A model generated the notes under the pieces. It saw only the letters and a list, made by a program, of their open reading frames with translations, did not search any database and was not told the DNA's origin. The translations under genes and the position numbers were made by a program. From the human T2T-CHM13v2.0 reference genome, Homo sapiens, in assembly GCF_009914755.1 (NCBI RefSeq), contig NC_060931.1: DNA of 64,000 nt; one strand, 5' to 3'. Positions 55,201 through 64,000 of the stretch are shown one piece after another. How positions within the stretch are numbered: position 1 is the stretch's first letter; the number at the start of each line of letters is the position of its first letter.

Positions 55201-58200
55201 GAAGAGAGCTCTAGACCCCAATACAATAATAGCTAAAGACTTCAACACCCTACTTTCAGCATTGGACAGATCATCCAGACAGAAAATCAACAAAGAAACT
55301 TTGGACTTAATCTGCACTATAGACCAAATGGGCCAAAATTAATAAAAGAAAAGAAATAATAATGATTAGAGCAGAAATACATGAAATTGAAACAAAGAAA
55401 ACAATTCAAAAGATCAATAAAGTGAAAAGTTGGTTTTTGAAAAGATAAACACAATTGACAAATATTTAGCCAGACTAAGGAAAAAAATAGAGAACACCCA
55501 AATAAAATCAGATATGAAAAAGGAGACATTACAACCAATGCTGCAGAAATTCAAAGGATCATTAGAGGTTACTACAAGCAACTATATGCTAATAAATTGG
55601 AAAACTAGAAGAAATGGATAAGTTCCTAGATATATGCAACCTACCAAGATTAAACCATGAAGAAATCCAAAACCTGAACAGACCAATAACAAGAAATGAG
55701 ATGGAAGCCACAATAAAGATTCCCAGCAAAGAAAAGCCTAGGACCTGATAGCTTCACTGCTGAATTTTACCAAACATTTAAGGAAGAACTAATACCAATC
55801 CTACTCAAACTGTTCTGAAAAATAGAGGAGGAGGGAATACTTCCAAACTCATTCTATGAGGCCAGTTTTACCCTGATATCAAAACTAAAGACACATCAAA
55901 AAAACAAAAACAAAAAACAAAATACTACAGGCCAATACCCCTGATGAGGGCTAATGCAAAAATCCTCAACAAAATACTAGCAAACCAAATTTAACAACAC
56001 ATTAGAAAGATCATTCATCATGGGCAACTGGGATTTATTTGTGGGATGCAAGGATGGTTCAACATATACAGATCAATCAATGATCACATCATATCAACAG
56101 AATGAATGACAAAAAACATATGATCATTTCAATTGACGCAAAGAAGTGTTTGATTAAAATTCAGTAACGCTTCATGATAAAAGCCCTCAAAAAACTGGTT
56201 ATAGAAGGAGTATACCTCAACATAAAAAAAGCCATTTGCAACAGACCCACAGTTAGTATCATACTGAGTGGGGAAAAACAAGTCTTTCCTCTAAGGTCTG
56301 GACCATTACAAGGATGCCCACTTTCATCACTGTTATTTAACATGGTACTGAAAGTCCTAGCTAGAGCAATCAGACAAGAGAAAGAGATAAAGGGCATTTA
56401 TCTCACTTGGAAAGGAAAAAGTCAAATTATCCTTGTTTGCTGATGATATGATCTTATATTTGGAAAAACCTAAAGGATCCACCAAAAAACTATTAGAACT
56501 GATAAATTAAGTAAATTTGCAGGATACACAATTAACAAAGAAAAATCTGTAGCATTTCTGTATGTCAACAGCAAACAATCTGAAAAAGAAACTTAAAAAG
56601 TAATTCCATTTACAATTGCTACAAATAAAATTAAATACCTAGAAATTAACCAAAGAAGTGAAAGAGCTCTACAATGAAAACTATAAAACATTGATGAAAG
56701 AAATTAAAAAGGACACACAAAAAATTTGAAAGGTATTCCATTTTCATGGTTTGAAAGATTGTTAAAATGTCCAAAGCAATCTATAGATTCAATGCAACCC
56801 CTATCAAAAAAATGACATTCTTCACAGAAATATAAAAAACAATCCTAAAATTTATATGGAGACACAAAAGACCCAGAATAATCAAAGCTATATTGAGGAA
56901 AAAAAAAAAAAAAAAACGGGAGGAATCACATTGCCTGACTTCAAATTATACTACAGAGCTATCATAAGCAAAACAGCCTGGTACTGGCATAAAAACAGAC
57001 ACATAGACCAACAGAACAGAAAAGAGAACACCAAAATAAATCCATACATCTACAGTGAATTCATTTTCAACAAAGGCGCCAAGAGCATACAATAGGGAAA
57101 GGACTCTTTCTTCAATAAATGGTGCTGGGAAAATTAGACATCCACAGGCAAGAGAATGAAACTAGACGTCTGTCTCTCACCATATACAAAGATCAAATCA
57201 AAATGGATTAAAGACTTAAATCTAGGACTACAAACTATGAAACTACTAAATTCAAACTATGAAAACATCAGGGAAACTCTCCAGGACATTGGATAGGGCA
57301 AAGATTTCTTGAATAATACCCCATAAGCACGGGAAACCAAAGGAAAAATGGATAAATAGGATTACATCAAATTAAACACCTTCTGCACAGCAAAGTAAAC
57401 AATGAGCAAAGTGAAGAGACAACCCACAGAATGGAAGAAAATATTTGCAAACTATTCATCTGACAAGGGATTAATGAACAGAATATATAAGGAGCTCAAA
57501 CAACTCCATAGGAAAAAAATCTAATAATCTGATTTAAAAATGGGCAAAAGATCTGAATAGACATTTCTCAAAAGAAGACATACAAATAGCAAACAGACAT
57601 ATGAAAAGGTGCATAACATCACTGATCATCAGAGAAATACAAATAAAAACTACAATGAGATATTATCACATCCCAGTTAAAATGGTCTTTATCCAAAAGA
57701 CAGGCAATAACAAACACTGCTGAGGATATGGAGAAAAGGGAACCCTCATACACTCTTGGTGGGAATGTAAATTAGTACAACCCTAGGAGACCAGTTTGGA
57801 GGTTCCTCAAAAACCTAAAAATAGAGCTACCAGCTATCCAGCAATCCCATTGCTAGGTATATACCCAAAAGAAAGGAGATCAGTATATCAAAGAGATACT
57901 TGCACTTTCATGTTTATTGCAGCACTATTCACAATATCCAAGATTTGGAAGCAACCTAAGTGTCCATCAACAGATGAGTGGATAACGAAAATGTGTTACA
58001 TACACACAATGGAGCACTATTCAGCCATAGAAAACAATGAGAACTTGTCATTTGCAATAACGTGGATGGAACTGAAGGTCATTATGTTAAGTAAAATAAG
58101 CCAGGTACAGAAAGACAAACTTCATATGTCCTTACTCATTTGTAGGAGCTAAAAATTAAAACAATTGAACTCATGGAGATAGAGAGTAGAATGATGGTTA

Positions 58201-58920
58201 TCAAAGGCTGGAGAGTGTAGTGGGGTGAAGGGAGGATGGTTAATGGGCACAAAAATATAAATAGATGAATAAGATATAGTATTTGATAGTACAACAGAGT
58301 GACTATAGTCTACAATAATTTATTATACATTTAAAAATAACTGAAAGAGTATAATTGCATTGTTTGTAATACAAAGAAAGGATAAATGCTTGAGGTAGAT
58401 AAATACCCCATTTACCCTGATGTGATTATTATGCATTGTACACCTGTATCAAAATATCTCATGTACCCCGATATAGTTTGGATATATGTCCCTGCCCAAA
58501 TCTCATGTTGGAATATAATCCCCAGTGTTGGAGGTGGTCCCTGGTGGGATGTGTCTGGGTCATGAGGGTGGATCCCTGATGGCTTGGTGCTGTCCTCAAA
58601 GTACTGAGTGAGTGAGTTCTCGGGAGATTTGGTTGTTTAAAGTGTGTCCTATCTCCACAACTCTCTCTCGTTCCCACTCCTGCCATGTGAAATACTTGTT
58701 TCCCCTTGGCCTTCCACCATGATTGTAAGCTACCTAAGGCCCTACCAGAAGCAGATGTTGGTGCTATGCTTCCTGTTAGCCTGCAGAAGCATGAGCCAAT
58801 TGAATATTTTTTCTTTATAAATTAGCCAGTCTCAGGTATTCCTTTATAGCAATGCAAGAATGGCCTAACACATACCCCATAAATATATACACCTACTATG
58901 TACGCACAAAAATTAAAAAT
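52214..58920 (+). mobile_element. L1MA-type element retaining 5'UTR, partial ORF1, disrupted ORF2 and 3'UTR
   Basis: 5'UTR ~52214-54200; ORF1 piece ('DQAEERISELEDRLFE'); ORF2 EN ('ICCLQET.F..KDTHRLKIKGW'), RT ('[20 protein letters not shown]'), C-terminus; 3'UTR ends 'cataaatatatacacctactatgtac.cacaaaaattaaaaat'. Many stops, frameshifts and two large deletions. Confidence 0.93.
58469..58872 (+). mobile_element. MST (MaLR) solo LTR inserted in the L1 3'UTR
   Basis: 'gatatagtttggat...cccaaatctcatgttg...gtctcaggtattcctttatagcaatgcaagaatggcctaacaca'; 5-bp TSD taccc. Confidence 0.92.
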
Positions 58921-58921
58921 T

Positions 58922-59541
<620 letters not shown>

Positions 59542-59576
59542 AAAAATTGGAAAAAAGTCAAAGAATGTGGGATTCA

Positions 59577-59941
<365 letters not shown>

Positions 59942-61360
59942 CTAACTGGGAGACGAATACATTTTTTAGGCATTAGATTAAAAAGGATTTTAACTCACCG
60001 CTTCAGTGTCAATAGATGACGTATCAACATATATTACTAAAAAGAAGTAACAATGACTACCATTGCCTTAATCTTCCTTTTCATTTCTAGCATTATTATG
60101 TCCTAAATAGGTGGCTTGGAAACTACCCTTCATTTTCCAGAATAGCATAAAAACATCAAACGTACGTTACCACCAATACAGTGGGTGTCTTGGAAACCAT
60201 GCAGGAGTCTTTAATCTCCTGGCCACAATTTTTTTTATTCTTTCTGGCAATTTTAGGGAGCTCACTAAGAGCCAAATGTTATCATAGTTTAGCCTAAGCA
60301 GAAAATAAAAGTCCCTTGAGAGCTTACCTTATGGTTTTTAATAAAGTGCTTTCTCACTTTCATACAAGCTAGACGAAGTTAATTAGTTTGGATATGAGAA
60401 GCTGTTCCCTGTCCTCTTTCCCCTCCAAGCACTAATTAATATTAATGAGTAAAAGGATAAAATTACTAAGTACTCCTATAATTGTACTCGTGGATCATTT
60501 CCATAGGATGATCCTGAAATCCAGATAAATAGGACTAAATGCAGACTATCAACCATGACAGAGTTGCCAGACCTTGCTATAGATTTCACTGAAAACCCTG
60601 ATAAGAGGGCTCTCCCCACCTTTAGGAAAGGATTTAAGAGGATTATTTTCCAGGAACTGATTGATTTTCTAATAGTGATGTTCCCGCTTTCCCTTCCTCC
60701 TTATTGCTTTCTTTTTTTCTCCCTGTTTGGCAGGGAGAAGCAGCGAGATTTGAGATTCTGCCATGCAAATTATTTTAACTCTTTAGATGCAAAGCTTTCA
60801 GGCTTTTATCCCAATGCTTCATGAGACTAAGAAGACAAAAGAGAGCACCACATTTTTTTGTGAAGTGAAGCTCTTGAAGGAGGATGTCAACAATGTGGTA
60901 AAATGGAAAGCTGGTCTGCAGACTGAGAGATGACGTTAAGATTGGTAAAAAGCAAGGCCCAGGCTCCTTTGGCCGCTCCTGCAGGCAGCTGAAAGTCATC
61001 TTCTGCAAATGTCTCAAGCCCAGTTAGAGTTAAGGTGTTTTCAGCATATTAATTAGGCTGCCAGGCTTGAGACAAAGGAAACCCATGTCTCTAGGGAATT
61101 ACATCACTCAGTTGTAACCACCTTCGCTCCCTGGTTCTGGTATCACTGGGACTGAAACCTGACCGAGAGATGTTTCATAAGGGTTAAACATTACTACTTT
61201 CCCACTGAATAGTAGAGTAAGGCATTTTGTGGAGATTCTGGGTCTGAAAAATGAGGAAAGACTGTAAGGAAATGAGAAGGTAGGCGTCTTTTAAAAGGCA
61301 ATCTATTGTGTTAGAATAAAACCAATAGTCATTTGTAGCGAAATGTATATATACTCATGA

Positions 61361-61786
<426 letters not shown>

Positions 61787-62063
61787 TAACAAGATAAATA
61801 GGAGCTATATGGCTGACTGACAGAATCAGGGGAAAAAAATAACTCCCAATTATATTTACAAGTAATTAAAGATATGGCTAGAATGCATTCAAATGATGGA
61901 AAGTCTCCATAATATTTAAGCTCTGTTTCCCTCACAAATGTCTTCGTTACAGATTCTAGCCTCATTAAGAAAGCCACACAGAAATAAAGAGATTCTAAAT
62001 AGGATAGTGGCAGAGCTTGGGAAGGGTTTGAGGGATAGTCTTAGGGTTATAAATAAAAACAAT

Positions 62064-62449
62064 GGGCTGGGCGCGGTGGCTCATGCCTGTAATCCCAGCA
62101 CTTTGGGAGGCCGGGGTGGGCAGATCGCTTGAGGCCAGGAGTTCAAGACCAGCCTGGCCAGCATGGCAAAACCCTGTCTCCACTATTAGGTTGGTGCAAA
62201 AGCAATTGCGTTTTTTTTGCCATTAAAGTAATGGCAAAAAAATGCAATTGCTTTTGCACCAACCTAATAAAAATACAAACATTAGCTGAGCATGGTGGTG
62301 CAAGCCTGTGTTCCCAGCTACTCAGGAGGCTGAGGCATGAGAATCACTTGATCCTGGGAGGTGGAGGTTGCAGTGAGCCCAGAACATGCCACTGCACTCC
62401 AGCCTGGGTGACAGAGTGAGACCCTGTTTAAAATAAATAAATAAATAAA
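62064..62449 (+). mobile_element. Alu (Sz/J-like) carrying a MADE1 insertion
   Basis: Both arms present; central linker interrupted at its TA; TSD ataaataaaaaca. Confidence 0.92.
62186..62267. mobile_element. MADE1 (Hsmar1 mariner MITE)
   Basis: 82-bp near-perfect palindrome ttaggttggtgcaaaag...cttttgcaccaacctaa flanked by TA at 62184-62185 and 62268-62269. Confidence 0.96.
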
Positions 62450-63466
62450 AACAGTGGAGCAAGCCTTGAAAAACGCAGACCTGCTGTGTACCCCACAGCC
62501 ATGCTCCAGATGCTTCCCCTGGTGGTTGCTGCTTCACTGCAGAAAACCTAGGATGGGAAGATGCTGGAGCTCTTCTGGTGAGATGATGTTGTGAACTGTC
62601 TTTGCTAGCAATTTACAAAGCCTGATACTTTGATAACTCCTTCTGTCCTTTGCTGCTTCCAGAAGGGTTTAGAACAGGTGGCCAGGGGAAGGGAGTTAAT
62701 GCTTCATCCCATTTTTCTTTTTTATCCTCTTTATTGCTATTTGGACAAAGATGGACTATAGCTCACGAGTGCAGCCTAACCCCAAATGCTCTCGAAAGCA
62801 AAAAGGACTATGTAGAATGTGCACTTATTTATATTAAATGTTAATGATTCAAGCATTTCTTTACTGCAAAATGTTGTTTCTCTATGCCATGCTAAAATAA
62901 TTCATAACTGTGCCCCCTAAGGTCAGGGTTAGCCAAATAAGTGACTGGCAATGAAGGATTAACTTCAGGGGCTCTAATTCTTTTCCTGTACTATTACCCT
63001 TCATTCCACAATTAAAGACAAAGTTTAAAAAACAATTATTTTCAAAAGAGAAAGAATATTACATTCACATTGAGTACATGACATAAAACTTCACTTTAAA
63101 AAATGAAAAGATGAAAAAGCCCTTCCTATGCCTTTATGCCTGTCTTTGTTCATGTGCCGGAATTCCATTCTTTCTTATTGGTTTCCTATTAAAATCTTAC
63201 TCAAGGTTTTGACCGAACTAAACAAAATCTACATTCAGTAGATCCATTGGTTTTGCTCTTCAATCCATTACCATTTGGTTTTGCTGTTAGTATCCCTGGG
63301 TCAGAAGTTACCAGCAATGTTCTCCCCCAAAATCAGCACCTCGTTTTCAGGTCCCATCCAGCAGAAACTTGGCTACATTGAATTTCGGACAGCCTCTTAT
63401 AAATTATAAAGTTCTATATTTCCTTGGCTTCTGCAATACCACTTTTCCCTGCTTTCTATTTGTCTT

Positions 63467-64000
<534 letters not shown>

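Noticed and set aside
54809-58152. Possible active L1 ORF2
   Set aside because: Multiple stops, frameshifts and a large deletion; old subfamily.

Overview
Primate (most likely human) non-coding DNA, intergenic or deep intronic. I find no supportable protein-coding gene, RNA gene or CpG island. Most ORFs in the track are Alu-, L1-, Tigger- or LTR-derived or are simple-repeat translations; the few in unique sequence resemble no protein I recognise. The window is dominated by layered transposable elements: about 25 Alus/Alu monomers, several ancient and intermediate L1s (including a 5'UTR-bearing L1MA-type element at ~52.2-58.9 kb), a near full-length Tigger1, solo LTRs (MER4A-like, MER39, three MST, MLT1/MLT2, LTR16-like), L2/MIR remnants, and two DNA MITEs (MER96B, MADE1). 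The most notable items are a 5'-truncated retrocopy containing only the distal 3'UTR of what I recognise as EIF4B, inserted into a MIR; a MADE1 hairpin nested in an Alu whose two arms share the same non-consensus changes; two small inverted/tandem mosaics that look like template-switch repair scars (one could also fold as a pseudoknot); a homogeneous 28-bp VNTR; and a (GAA)n Alu tail. I do not see evidence for a new multi-gene biological system. Family and subfamily names come from recalled consensus sequences, not from a database search, and boundaries of old elements are approximate.
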